DNA from: a virus
Virus record (IMG/VR): IMGVR_UViG_3300014913_000011
Span: 1 to 64,000 of that record
Reading direction: 5' to 3' (one strand)
DNA length: 64,000 bases
Shown: positions 40,649 to 48,946 of the stretch, in pieces
Layout of the letters: each line of letters begins with the position of its first letter
Numbering within the stretch: position 1 is the first letter of the stretch
Made by a program: the position numbers and the translations under genes
Notes under the pieces: model-generated
What the model saw: the letters and a program-made list of their open reading frames with translations, nothing else
What the model was told of the DNA's origin: nothing
Database searches by the model: none

Positions 40649-41317
40649 TTAAAATATAGTACAATTAGTAGGTAAGTGCTGTGTAAGTACTTCCTTAGCC
40701 CTATCTTCAAGGTCTTCTAATGACCCATCGTTTAGTATAGTATCTGTCCAATATTTAAAATCGTTTAAATCATTTTCACTAATATCACCTGCAGCAGTTT
40801 TTGACTTTATATTGGGTCTATTTACTTTGACCATCTGTAAGGTGTTAAAATCACTAGAGGATTCCCATTTCTTAGCTACTATAGCTTCATTCTTAAACCT
40901 AAAGTCAGTAATTAAAAATCTTGAAATACCTTCCTCTTCTATCATGTAAGGTATCCGAACATTAAATATATAATCTGCCCAAATAGTTGGATTTATTGAT
41001 CTTTGATCCTGTCCAAATAATTGTAATACTCTTCTAGGTGTAAAATAGGGTAAGTAGTCTGGATTAGGATCCAGCTCACCAACTACATCTGCAATAAACT
41101 CTAAATCACGATTATTAGAATATCTAAGATCTAGAATGTCCTTCTCATCTCCAAACATTTGTTCTTCAGAGAAGTCATATAGGTCTGCCACCGTATACTT
41201 AAGTTTATCTGCAAACGCTAGTCTTTTAAATCCCATCTCCTTACCGATGATGTCATATATAGTATCTTTACCTGATTGACTTTTATGTCCTAACATAACT
41301 ACTTGAATTTGTTTCAT
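40649..41317 (-). CDS. Deoxynucleoside monophosphate kinase (T4 gp1-like)
   Basis: GHKSQSGKDT, FADKLK, PRRVLQLFG, ITDFRFKNE. Confidence 0.88.
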   Translation of the reverse strand: MKQIQVVMLGHKSQSGKDTIYDIIGKEMGFKRLAFADKLKYTVADLYDFSEEQMFGDEKDILDLRYSNNRDLEFIADVVGELDPNPDYLPYFTPRRVLQLFGQDQRSINPTIWADYIFNVRIPYMIEEEGISRFLITDFRFKNEAIVAKKWESSSDFNTLQMVKVNRPNIKSKTAAGDISENDLNDFKYWTDTILNDGSLEDLEDRAKEVLTQHLPTNCTIF

Positions 41318-41544
41318 TATTTACTCCATTTTTCTGCTGCTGCTGTTAACCCTCTTAACTCTTTACTTACTTTTTTAAACTTCTTCTCTACTTTTTTAAC
41401 ATTATAACCTACTGACTTTCCAGATCCGAGTCTCTCTATTGTTACGATTACAGGAATATCCTCATCCGAAGTTGGACACTTACTGAGTATCCAATTATCT
41501 TCCTTCCCATTCCAATATGCTGCAAAGTTTATATTATTTTCCAT
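41317..41544 (-). CDS. Hypothetical protein
   Basis: Overlaps both neighbours. Confidence 0.55.
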   Translation of the reverse strand: MENNINFAAYWNGKEDNWILSKCPTSDEDIPVIVTIERLGSGKSVGYNVKKVEKKFKKVSKELRGLTAAAEKWSK

Positions 41545-41971
41545 CTTTTAAACATTTTAATATTAAAGATACATACTTATGAGATAAACCTCCAGTTGGA
41601 TTTCCAACCGAATCTACTCCACCTACTTGCTCCTTCAGTATAACAGAAGCAGTTGCTAAATTACAATTGTTTGATAGTAGGAGTTTTAGAAATAGATCAA
41701 AAAGAGCCTCCTTAATTAATACAGAGATAGTACTTCGAAGTTGTTCTCTTTTTTCTTTCTGTTTGGTTTTATTAGCTTCTTCATAAGCTTTCTTAATTAG
41801 CAAACTTACTACTTCTAGTCTTAATCTTAAACTATCTACAGATAGAGCTGCCAATTCACTAGTTCTTTCAACTAGTTGATCTGTAACAGGATCCTCCAGT
41901 TTTAAAAGTATGTTTAAATCGTTTTCCAAACTTTCTATTTCTTTTAATAATGCTAATATAGTAGATTCCAT
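41534..41971 (-). CDS. Hypothetical helical protein
   Basis: Probable start ATG 41971, just downstream of a late-motif variant. Confidence 0.55.
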   Translation of the reverse strand: MESTILALLKEIESLENDLNILLKLEDPVTDQLVERTSELAALSVDSLRLRLEVVSLLIKKAYEEANKTKQKEKREQLRSTISVLIKEALFDLFLKLLLSNNCNLATASVILKEQVGGVDSVGNPTGGLSHKYVSLILKCLKDGK

Positions 41972-42009
41972 ACTAGTATATAGTATCATAAAAACATTAA
42001 AAAATAAAG

Positions 42010-42045
42010 AAAAAAAATCTGAGCCTTCAGTAAAGAAGACTCAGA
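42010..42045 (-). terminator. Intrinsic terminator
   Basis: TCTGAGTCTTC-loop-GAAGGCTCAGA followed by a T run. Confidence 0.8.
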
Positions 42046-42085
42046 CTACAAGCGTCCATTAAGTTAAGTTAAGTTAACTAACTAA

Positions 42086-42427
42086 CTACTCAACAATTGT
42101 AACAGGTCTAGTGCGTGTTTGGGACGCACCAGGAGCTGGGAATGGATTACTCTTAGGAGCAGATGAAACACCTGTCTTATGAATAACGCCCTTTCCAGAA
42201 GTGTTACGACTAGCCACAGGACTACCATTAGGTGTTCCACCTAAGAAGCTTGGAACGCCAGCTACACTACCAGCAGCCCCATCAGGGTTGTTGAAAGGTA
42301 GTCCGTCTATTGCATTAAGTAATGCTGTTCCATCTTCTTCTGCTAGATACTGAATGCCAGTTGACTTATCAGTTCCATCTAACTCTTGAGTGGCACCTGC
42401 TTTATGGGGTTTTCCGACTAAGATCAT
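42086..42427 (-). CDS. Small Gly/Pro-rich protein, probably a highly expressed virion component
   Basis: GGAGG SD, own late motif and terminator. Confidence 0.7.
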   Translation of the reverse strand: MILVGKPHKAGATQELDGTDKSTGIQYLAEEDGTALLNAIDGLPFNNPDGAAGSVAGVPSFLGGTPNGSPVASRNTSGKGVIHKTGVSSAPKSNPFPAPGASQTRTRPVTIVE

Positions 42428-42542
42428 ATATATTTTCCTCCTAGTTAATATTAACTAGAGCATTTCTATCTAAACTCGATTTGCTATCTACAACAAACCA
42501 AAAGTCTGTAAGTTCAAATAGAACATAGTACAGATATTAAAA

Positions 42543-43355
42543 TTAAGTTAAAATTACTGGGCCAGTATTAAGTATAAATACTTGATTTTCATAGTGGGAG
42601 GAAGGCTTCCTATCAGAAGTATAGAACTGACTCACGCCTTTTACTGAAATATTCAATACTTTTGATGACTTATATATGATTACTGGTTCAATACAGATGC
42701 ACATACCGGGTATTAGTGGGTGTCCAGAGCCGGGTTTCCCTTTGTTAGGTACGTTAGGTGCTTCGTGTAGGTCTAACCCAATACCATGTCCCTGAAAAGA
42801 CTCAAATATTTTAAACGAAGATCCTGAGTCCCAATCTTCATCCTTTCTAAGCTTTATTACTTCTTTATTTACAGCATGTCCTATATCAGATGTTGTATTT
42901 CCAGGTATGGACTTCTCAAATCCCTGGTAGAAAGCCTCTTTAGCTAATTTAACTAGTTCTTTGTGTTTGGATCTTCCGTCTTCTCCTATAATAACAGTCC
43001 TTGCTGAGTCAGTGCAATAACCATTTTTATGTCTAAGGCCAAAATCTATGGATAAGACATCTCCTTTTTTAAGTTTCTTATTATTTGGAAATCCATGTAC
43101 TATCTGTTCTCGATTTGATACACACGTACAATATGGGTATCCATACATTCCTTTGAAAAGCGGTGTTCCACCCGACTTTTCAATAAGATCTTCGGCTAAA
43201 TTCTCTATATCTTCAGTGGTGTTGCCTTCAACAGCTTGAGTAATTAGTTTATTTCTTATATCTTTACCTAGAATTCCAGCTTCTTTCAGTTTTTCGAGTG
43301 CGTCCTTACTGTAGATATTTACTCCGGTTTTTAAAGTGATTACCTCTTGTCCCAT
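42543..43355 (-). CDS. map: Methionine aminopeptidase type I
   Basis: IVHGFP, GDVLSIDFG, TDSART, GHGIG.DLHEAP, CIEP, SHYEN; all five metal ligands present. Confidence 0.92.
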   Translation of the reverse strand: MGQEVITLKTGVNIYSKDALEKLKEAGILGKDIRNKLITQAVEGNTTEDIENLAEDLIEKSGGTPLFKGMYGYPYCTCVSNREQIVHGFPNNKKLKKGDVLSIDFGLRHKNGYCTDSARTVIIGEDGRSKHKELVKLAKEAFYQGFEKSIPGNTTSDIGHAVNKEVIKLRKDEDWDSGSSFKIFESFQGHGIGLDLHEAPNVPNKGKPGSGHPLIPGMCICIEPVIIYKSSKVLNISVKGVSQFYTSDRKPSSHYENQVFILNTGPVILT

Positions 43356-43361
43356 TATTAT

Positions 43362-43390
43362 ATACTATCAGTAATAAAAAAAGGAGTCAA
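43362..43390 (-). promoter_or_regulatory. sigma70-type promoter, leaderless, for map
   Basis: TTGACT-17 nt-TAGTAT-6 nt-ATG. Confidence 0.7.
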
Positions 43391-43405
43391 GTAATCTTGA
43401 CCCCT
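43376..43405 (-). terminator. Intrinsic terminator ending the actin/amidase operon
   Basis: AGGGGTCAAG-ATTA-CTTGACTCCT followed by a T run. Confidence 0.8.
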
Positions 43406-43438
43406 CAGAGCATAAATGACAATGTAAGCTTATTGTTA

Positions 43439-44308
43439 TTATCTACCTACTATATTCCAAGACTTTCCATTAAACACTAGTCTAACAAATCCGTAATTTT
43501 CCCTTATGAATATTTTAGACTGTCCATCTACTGTTTCCTGCTTACCTTCAGGTAATTTAAACCCTTCTATAACTATGGATGCAAAATAACTACTTCCACT
43601 TCCATCCTTAATTACTAACTCGTGTCCTTTCTCACCCTTTGGGAGCTTAACTCCAAATAGGGCACTAGAAGAGTTGTTTACTATTACATTTCTATCTGAT
43701 CTAACTACTACTGCAGGTGCAGAATTTATGACTCTAATTGATGGTCTCTCAATACAATCCTCTGTCTTTAGGGCCTTACCATTTACTGTTAAGGCTCCTT
43801 TTACCTCTAAGTGACCAATTATCTCTTGTTTCTCTTTTTTTCTAAGTACAGCAAGTTCAGTCTTTAGAAAGCTATCTAATTCTTCTCTGGCTACTCGACC
43901 TTCTAATCCCTTCTTAGTTGCGAATTCAGCTAACTTATTAGGATTAACTATCTTAGCCAATTGCTCTTCGGTAACTAGTTTTTCTAATTCCCGCCTACTT
44001 GCTAGATCTTTTAATTCACACTTTGTCGCTAACTGCCCTAAACCTAAACTATCTATTACTGCTCTTAGATACTCTTTAGATATTAAATCTGTCAAGTTTT
44101 TCTTTAAGGCGAAGCCATTTAGGTCTACAGTTAAATTTGCAGCGTTTAATTCTTCCTTAGTTGCATACTTAGCCAGTTCTTCTCTTTTAGCTAAAGGTGC
44201 TAAGTCTGCCTTTTTAGCAAATCCACCTAATTCCTTTCTAGTTACCGCATCAGGATCTGCCTGTGCTGCGGGCTGTGAAGGTATTGTTTTCTTCTTATAG
44301 TCTATCAT
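43439..44308 (-). CDS. Fibre-like protein with (A/V)(T/K)(K/R)xEL repeats and C-terminal beta domain
   Basis: About eight ATKEEL-type repeats; LP...G.ELVIKD.SG...TVDG...NYG..RLVFNG.SW motif seen in fibre/baseplate proteins. Confidence 0.6.
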   Translation of the reverse strand: MIDYKKKTIPSQPAAQADPDAVTRKELGGFAKKADLAPLAKREELAKYATKEELNAANLTVDLNGFALKKNLTDLISKEYLRAVIDSLGLGQLATKCELKDLASRRELEKLVTEEQLAKIVNPNKLAEFATKKGLEGRVAREELDSFLKTELAVLRKKEKQEIIGHLEVKGALTVNGKALKTEDCIERPSIRVINSAPAVVVRSDRNVIVNNSSSALFGVKLPKGEKGHELVIKDGSGSSYFASIVIEGFKLPEGKQETVDGQSKIFIRENYGFVRLVFNGKSWNIVGR

Positions 44309-44321
44309 TGTTTTATACTCC

Positions 44322-44978
44322 CTACTTATTTAAATACTCTTTTATACCAAAGAAGATTGCATCTGCTATCTCCTCATGCTTATCTGTCAGGAACTTTACC
44401 TGATCAGGGTGATTAATAAACTCACACTCTACTAAACAACATGCCTGTACTAAGTGTTTTCTTAGCACATAAAACTTACTACCATTCTTTATTCCACGAT
44501 CTTTATGCTTAGGAAAATCAAGTATTAAGTTATTTTGTATACATGCAGCTAACTTTTTTGATTCAGGTCTGGATTTATTGAAGAAAGTTTCTATACCTTG
44601 GGCTGGTGTTCCATCATTTGAATTTGCATGAATAGAAATGAAGATATTAGGATTTTCTTTTTTAATAATTGCTACCTTGTCTCTTAAATGTGATAAAGTA
44701 TTATTATCAATCCTAGTCATAACTACCTTATAACCAGCCTCATCTAATTTATATGCTAGTTGTTCTGAAATATCAAGTACGGTATCTCTTTCGTACACCA
44801 GCTCACCTTCTAGCTTTCCTACTGCTCCTGGATCCCTTTTTCCGTTCCTACCCCCGTGTCCAGGATCAATCACTATCTTTATATTTGAATGACTTTTAGT
44901 ATTCTTGGATACTTCAGTAACTGACTGCCTTTTAAAGATCAAAAATATATTCTTTATTAAGTCTAGAAAAGTGTTCAT
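44322..44978 (-). CDS. N-acetylmuramoyl-L-alanine amidase (Amidase_3), endolysin candidate
   Basis: IVIDPGHGG..DPGA...E, FISIHANS, CLVECEFI zinc and catalytic motifs. Confidence 0.92.
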   Translation of the reverse strand: MNTFLDLIKNIFLIFKRQSVTEVSKNTKSHSNIKIVIDPGHGGRNGKRDPGAVGKLEGELVYERDTVLDISEQLAYKLDEAGYKVVMTRIDNNTLSHLRDKVAIIKKENPNIFISIHANSNDGTPAQGIETFFNKSRPESKKLAACIQNNLILDFPKHKDRGIKNGSKFYVLRKHLVQACCLVECEFINHPDQVKFLTDKHEEIADAIFFGIKEYLNK

Positions 44979-44980
44979 AG

Positions 44981-46066
44981 TTATTCATCCTCTGCAGCTA
45001 AGGCTATAAATGCTCCCTCAGCAACTGCCTCCAATGGCCTTCTCGCATGACAAACTTCTTTAACTTTAAAAGGTAATTTACTTTCTATTTTTTCAAACTC
45101 TTCCTTAAAAACCTCTAGAAAGTCTCCAGCTAAGGAGGTACCTCCAGATACTACAATTTTAACTGGCTCTAAAAACCTAGGCTTAGATTCTAACGAATCA
45201 ATTTTATTAACTATACTTTCTACCATATACTTAATTAAAGCTTTGTAATAGGAAGAGATAGCTATTTCAGCCATTTCATTTCCTGGATTCTTAATACTAA
45301 TTCCACTCTCTTTAGTGTAAGTCATTAAACTGGGAGTAATATCACTTGCTTTTGGGTCCTTAGGATCATATCCTAAACTTGTCGCAGCGGAGTAATCTAC
45401 ATAGTCGCCTCCTTTACTTACTGAGAAGGTGGTAATAACTTCAGCCATGTTAGTTATACATACGTTTGTCATGCCTGACCCACAACTTATTGCTATTCCA
45501 GTGTAGTCCTCTTCTTCTAATTCACAGAATACAATTGCTTGAGCTTCATTTATAGCCTTTCCTATAAAACCTAAATCTGCTAGTACTCTTTCGATTACAT
45601 TCTTATGATACTCAATATCAAATGGAGCGTCCTCAGGTGAAGCTGGTACACTATATACTACTAACTCGTTTGGTACAACAGGTTCTCCTAGTAACTCTTT
45701 TAATAATATTTTGAAGAGTGGAAGTGCCTGAGCCTCTCTCGGAGAAATTACACCTTTATGCATTGGCCTTCTTACAGTCATTTGTTTCTCTATAGCTACA
45801 TTTAAAGAATCATTTCCTAAGATATGGAGTTTCTTATCTTCTTGGATATAACTTACACCTGATTTATCTAAACCTTTTTTCATCATTTTAAAAACTAAGT
45901 CACCTCTAGGTTGAAGTTCTAGAAAGGAATCCCTTACTGATTTTGTCTCTACATCCCCAGATTCTAACATTCTACTCTCCACTAGGAAACCTGTCCCAAC
46001 GTCTAGCCCTCTCCCTGGTAAATACTTTTTAGCTTCCATAGGTTTATTTTCCTTTTCCATCTTCAA
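44981..46066 (-). CDS. Actin-fold ATPase, volactin-like
   Basis: Phosphate-1 GLDVGT, connect-1 INEAQA, phosphate-2 ISCGSGMTN, GGDYVD, adenosine VVSGGTS, connect-2 AVAEGA. Start may be 46060 or 46039. Confidence 0.88.
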   Translation of the reverse strand: MKMEKENKPMEAKKYLPGRGLDVGTGFLVESRMLESGDVETKSVRDSFLELQPRGDLVFKMMKKGLDKSGVSYIQEDKKLHILGNDSLNVAIEKQMTVRRPMHKGVISPREAQALPLFKILLKELLGEPVVPNELVVYSVPASPEDAPFDIEYHKNVIERVLADLGFIGKAINEAQAIVFCELEEEDYTGIAISCGSGMTNVCITNMAEVITTFSVSKGGDYVDYSAATSLGYDPKDPKASDITPSLMTYTKESGISIKNPGNEMAEIAISSYYKALIKYMVESIVNKIDSLESKPRFLEPVKIVVSGGTSLAGDFLEVFKEEFEKIESKLPFKVKEVCHARRPLEAVAEGAFIALAAEDE

Positions 46067-46454
46067 TAAGTCTCCTTTTCCTGTAAACTAAGTTACCCTT
46101 GTTTATTTCTGATATCGCCTTTAATATAGTATTTTTTACACTTTTGGCATTGTCTTTTAACTCACAGCTACAAAATCTAAGTATACTTAAGTTATATCTT
46201 TTATGGTATGCAATACAAGCTATGTCTTTCTTTATCCTAAGTAGCTGTCTATCTGTAGGTTTTTTTTGAATCTTACATTTAAAACAGTATGAATGAAAGT
46301 AATTTCCATCTGCTTGAATACTTAATTTATAACTTGGAAGGTAAGCATCAACATTATAAGTTCCAAGTCTATATTCCCTAACATAAGGTATACCCTCATC
46401 AGCTAAGATGTCTAACAGAATTTTCTCTATATCAGTAAGTTTTCTATTGGTCAT
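46044..46454 (-). CDS. DUF559/Vsr-like endonuclease-fold protein
   Basis: TDIEK...YNVDAY...LSIQADGNYFH...KD...ILRF. Confidence 0.75.
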   Translation of the reverse strand: MTNRKLTDIEKILLDILADEGIPYVREYRLGTYNVDAYLPSYKLSIQADGNYFHSYCFKCKIQKKPTDRQLLRIKKDIACIAYHKRYNLSILRFCSCELKDNAKSVKNTILKAISEINKGNLVYRKRRLIEDGKGK

Positions 46455-47049
46455 TTTTTAATGCCTTCAGCCTTTTAATCCTATCCTTAATATCTGAAGA
46501 TCCTTTCTTAGACTCAATCTTAATCTTAGGCTTCAGATTACTCACCCTAGTTTCGTCTATTGGATTGACAAACACTCCATCAGACTTATTATTAATATTA
46601 TCAATTGGATATGACTCTTGTGTGTCCTTATTTATTACTACAGTGGTATTCTTAGATTTTAACTCTTTAACCTCTTCTTTCATACTCCTTAATTCATTCA
46701 GAATTTCTAGATTTAAATCCTGAGATTGTTTTGACTGTTCAGATACTATATCTTTGATGCCTCTTAAATCTGAGTTACTTCTATGTATATTAATCTCCTG
46801 AATCTGGACATTTTTTAAATCTATATCCAACTTATTCTTAACCCTATCTAATAGTAATTGAACTGACATGGGTTTCTGTCTTACTGAATATGTTTTAAGT
46901 AATTGATTTTTCAGTGTATTTAATATTTGTATGTAGTCAGCTTCTAATACATATCCACCTAAAACAGCACTCTGAAACTCTGTAAGTGGGCCTGAATCGA
47001 TTCCTAATTGTTGAATTTGTTGAACTAACTTATTTAAGTCTATACGCAT
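46444..47049 (-). CDS. Coiled-coil protein, first gene of the actin operon
   Basis: Central coiled coil, linker, C-terminal DIKDRIKRLKALK helix. Confidence 0.7.
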   Translation of the reverse strand: MRIDLNKLVQQIQQLGIDSGPLTEFQSAVLGGYVLEADYIQILNTLKNQLLKTYSVRQKPMSVQLLLDRVKNKLDIDLKNVQIQEINIHRSNSDLRGIKDIVSEQSKQSQDLNLEILNELRSMKEEVKELKSKNTTVVINKDTQESYPIDNINNKSDGVFVNPIDETRVSNLKPKIKIESKKGSSDIKDRIKRLKALKNDQ

Positions 47050-47120
47050 ATACAGTATATAGTATACTAAGAAAAAAATACTTATATGTTAGGTAGTTAA
47101 CAAATAGATTATAGTGCTAC

Positions 47121-47342
47121 TTAATCTGGTGAGTCTAATAGTTCTTCAGGGTCTTCTAGCTCGTATATTAAATCACCAAAAAACACAATAGCTTCTTCTT
47201 TTGATGTAAAATAATACCAACCTTCTATCGGATAGGTATAGGAGCTGTGGTCAGCTATTGCTAAAGTATATGAACTACTTTTTACCTCATTTGGAGCAAT
47301 ATACAACTGCCCTTCTATTACTTTAAAGAATGCCTGTATCAT
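47121..47342 (-). CDS. Small hypothetical protein (fibre-associated type)
   Basis: YTYPIEGWYYF motif; ATG 47342 with SD. Confidence 0.55.
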   Translation of the reverse strand: MIQAFFKVIEGQLYIAPNEVKSSSYTLAIADHSSYTYPIEGWYYFTSKEEAIVFFGDLIYELEDPEELLDSPD

Positions 47343-47540
47343 GAGATTTCCCTTTATAAAACTACAGTCCAAGTCTATTACAAATGTTATAACAGTTTCT
47401 ATAAGTATAACTACCTATAGGTAATGATGTACAATTAATTAGGCAACTATAGTAAATCACTTTAAATATAGTACAATTGTCTAATTTTCAATATAACTGA
47501 ATAATTAAACTAAAATCTCTATAGTTGCATTAAATATAAT

Positions 47541-47888
47541 TTAGTACCTAAACAACTTAACTGGCTTATCTAATTTTGTCATAGCACTTAGCATGGATCT
47601 ACTTCCAGGACTTTTTCCATCCCAAAACAATAGTAACATGTCTCCATAGTCTGCCATTGATTTATTTCTAATAGGTCCAGCTGACGTTCCGTATGTTTTC
47701 CAGTCCGGTTCAAAATTTGTTATCTGTATTTTACTTAAATTTGCCCAACATTCTCCTAAACTATCAGCTCCCTTAGCTGCTCCTGATACTATCTCTGATA
47801 TTTTGATCTCCTTTGATATGTCATTTAACGCTGCAAATAATAACCTAGCATCATCAAAATCTCGTCCACCTGCTACAATAACTTTCAT
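47541..47888 (-). CDS. SLOG/YspA-like (DUF2493) protein
   Basis: IVAGGRDF, IVSGAAKGAD, AGPIRN..M, FWDGKSPGS. Confidence 0.85.
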   Translation of the reverse strand: MKVIVAGGRDFDDARLLFAALNDISKEIKISEIVSGAAKGADSLGECWANLSKIQITNFEPDWKTYGTSAGPIRNKSMADYGDMLLLFWDGKSPGSRSMLSAMTKLDKPVKLFRY

Positions 47889-47891
47889 ATA

Positions 47892-48077
47892 CTAACACCT
47901 GTATTCTATAAAATACCCGCACTTATTACATGTACACCTATAGTATTTAAGATTTGGGAATTTGATTTTGTTTTCTTCACCTAGTAATCTGGGCCTGTAT
48001 GGTTCTTCTATCTCTTCCGAATATAGGTCTTTGCTTTTACATTTATCGCAATAATAATTTTTCAGGTCTATACTCAT
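47892..48077 (-). CDS. Zinc-ribbon protein
   Basis: CDKC...CNKCG. Confidence 0.6.
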   Translation of the reverse strand: MSIDLKNYYCDKCKSKDLYSEEIEEPYRPRLLGEENKIKFPNLKYYRCTCNKCGYFIEYRC

Positions 48078-48946
48078 AGTCTTCTCTCTTGTATAAAGTA
48101 TATTAATTTAGTTAAACGCAGAAAAGAATTATCGGAATCTAAAAAATTAGAAAAAACTTTGTCGATGTAGTCAGTTATATCTAATAAATTTTGGAAACCA
48201 TATCTATTAGCTACAGCTCTATCTTGAGATATGAAATACCCATTCCTGTCCCAGTGTATTTTTGCCTGGTCTAAGCTACCTAATGATAGGGCTATGTAAG
48301 AGTTTAATCGCTTTATTAGTGTAGCCCTTAGTACTTGTATCGGTACAGTCTCTATTTTCTTTGCAAATAAATAACAATCTTCTCTGCCTTCAAATAGGGA
48401 TGTTATGAAATCCAATACATCAAAATTTGCTTTATAAATAGATACAGATCCCAAAGCCTCTTCTTCGGACATTACTTCTAAAGCTGTACTGAATCTTCTC
48501 AGTTCATTATGTACACTCTGTTTATTATCGGATGAAACCATTGTAAAAAAATCTAGGTGTTTAACCGATATATTAAATTCCTTAAATAATTTCTTTAAGA
48601 ACGCCTTTTTAGACTTCTTTACAGATAAATCTACACATTCCTCAAGATTTGATAACCTTTTTAATCTTTTATAGAGCTTCTTTCGTTTATCTAATTTCCC
48701 TACTACCCAAATAACTTCAGTCTGAAAAGGTGCTTCTAGTATTGATAATAATTTAACTGCATCAAACTTATCTACCCCAACAAAACCTGTAACTCCTGAG
48801 GTGTTAAGTAAGTTAGGCTGATGCATTAAGACAAATTGCTCAAAAGACAAATCTGAGCAGTACTGTAATTTAATATTTTCAAAGTCATTCCTTACTTCAA
48901 ACAATGAACTATCCAATGACTCAGATATAAAAACTTTTTTAAGCAT
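48074..48946 (-). CDS. DNA polymerase III delta (HolA)-like clamp-loader subunit
   Basis: KLDKRKKLYKRL and VHNELRRF patterns; coupled to the dnaX-like gene. Confidence 0.55.
   Translation of the reverse strand: MLKKVFISESLDSSLFEVRNDFENIKLQYCSDLSFEQFVLMHQPNLLNTSGVTGFVGVDKFDAVKLLSILEAPFQTEVIWVVGKLDKRKKLYKRLKRLSNLEECVDLSVKKSKKAFLKKLFKEFNISVKHLDFFTMVSSDNKQSVHNELRRFSTALEVMSEEEALGSVSIYKANFDVLDFITSLFEGREDCYLFAKKIETVPIQVLRATLIKRLNSYIALSLGSLDQAKIHWDRNGYFISQDRAVANRYGFQNLLDITDYIDKVFSNFLDSDNSFLRLTKLIYFIQERRL

Noticed and set aside
42061-42087. aagtt and aact micro-repeats
   Set aside because: Too short; no spacers, so not CRISPR-like.
44981-46066. Archaeal host inferred from the volactin-like gene
   Set aside because: Amidase_3, DnaX, type I MetAP and sigma70-type promoters all point to a bacterial host.
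47345-47540. parC-like centromere for the actin operon
   Set aside because: Only short irregular AT-rich words (gtacaatt twice, ctatag); no regularly spaced iterons.
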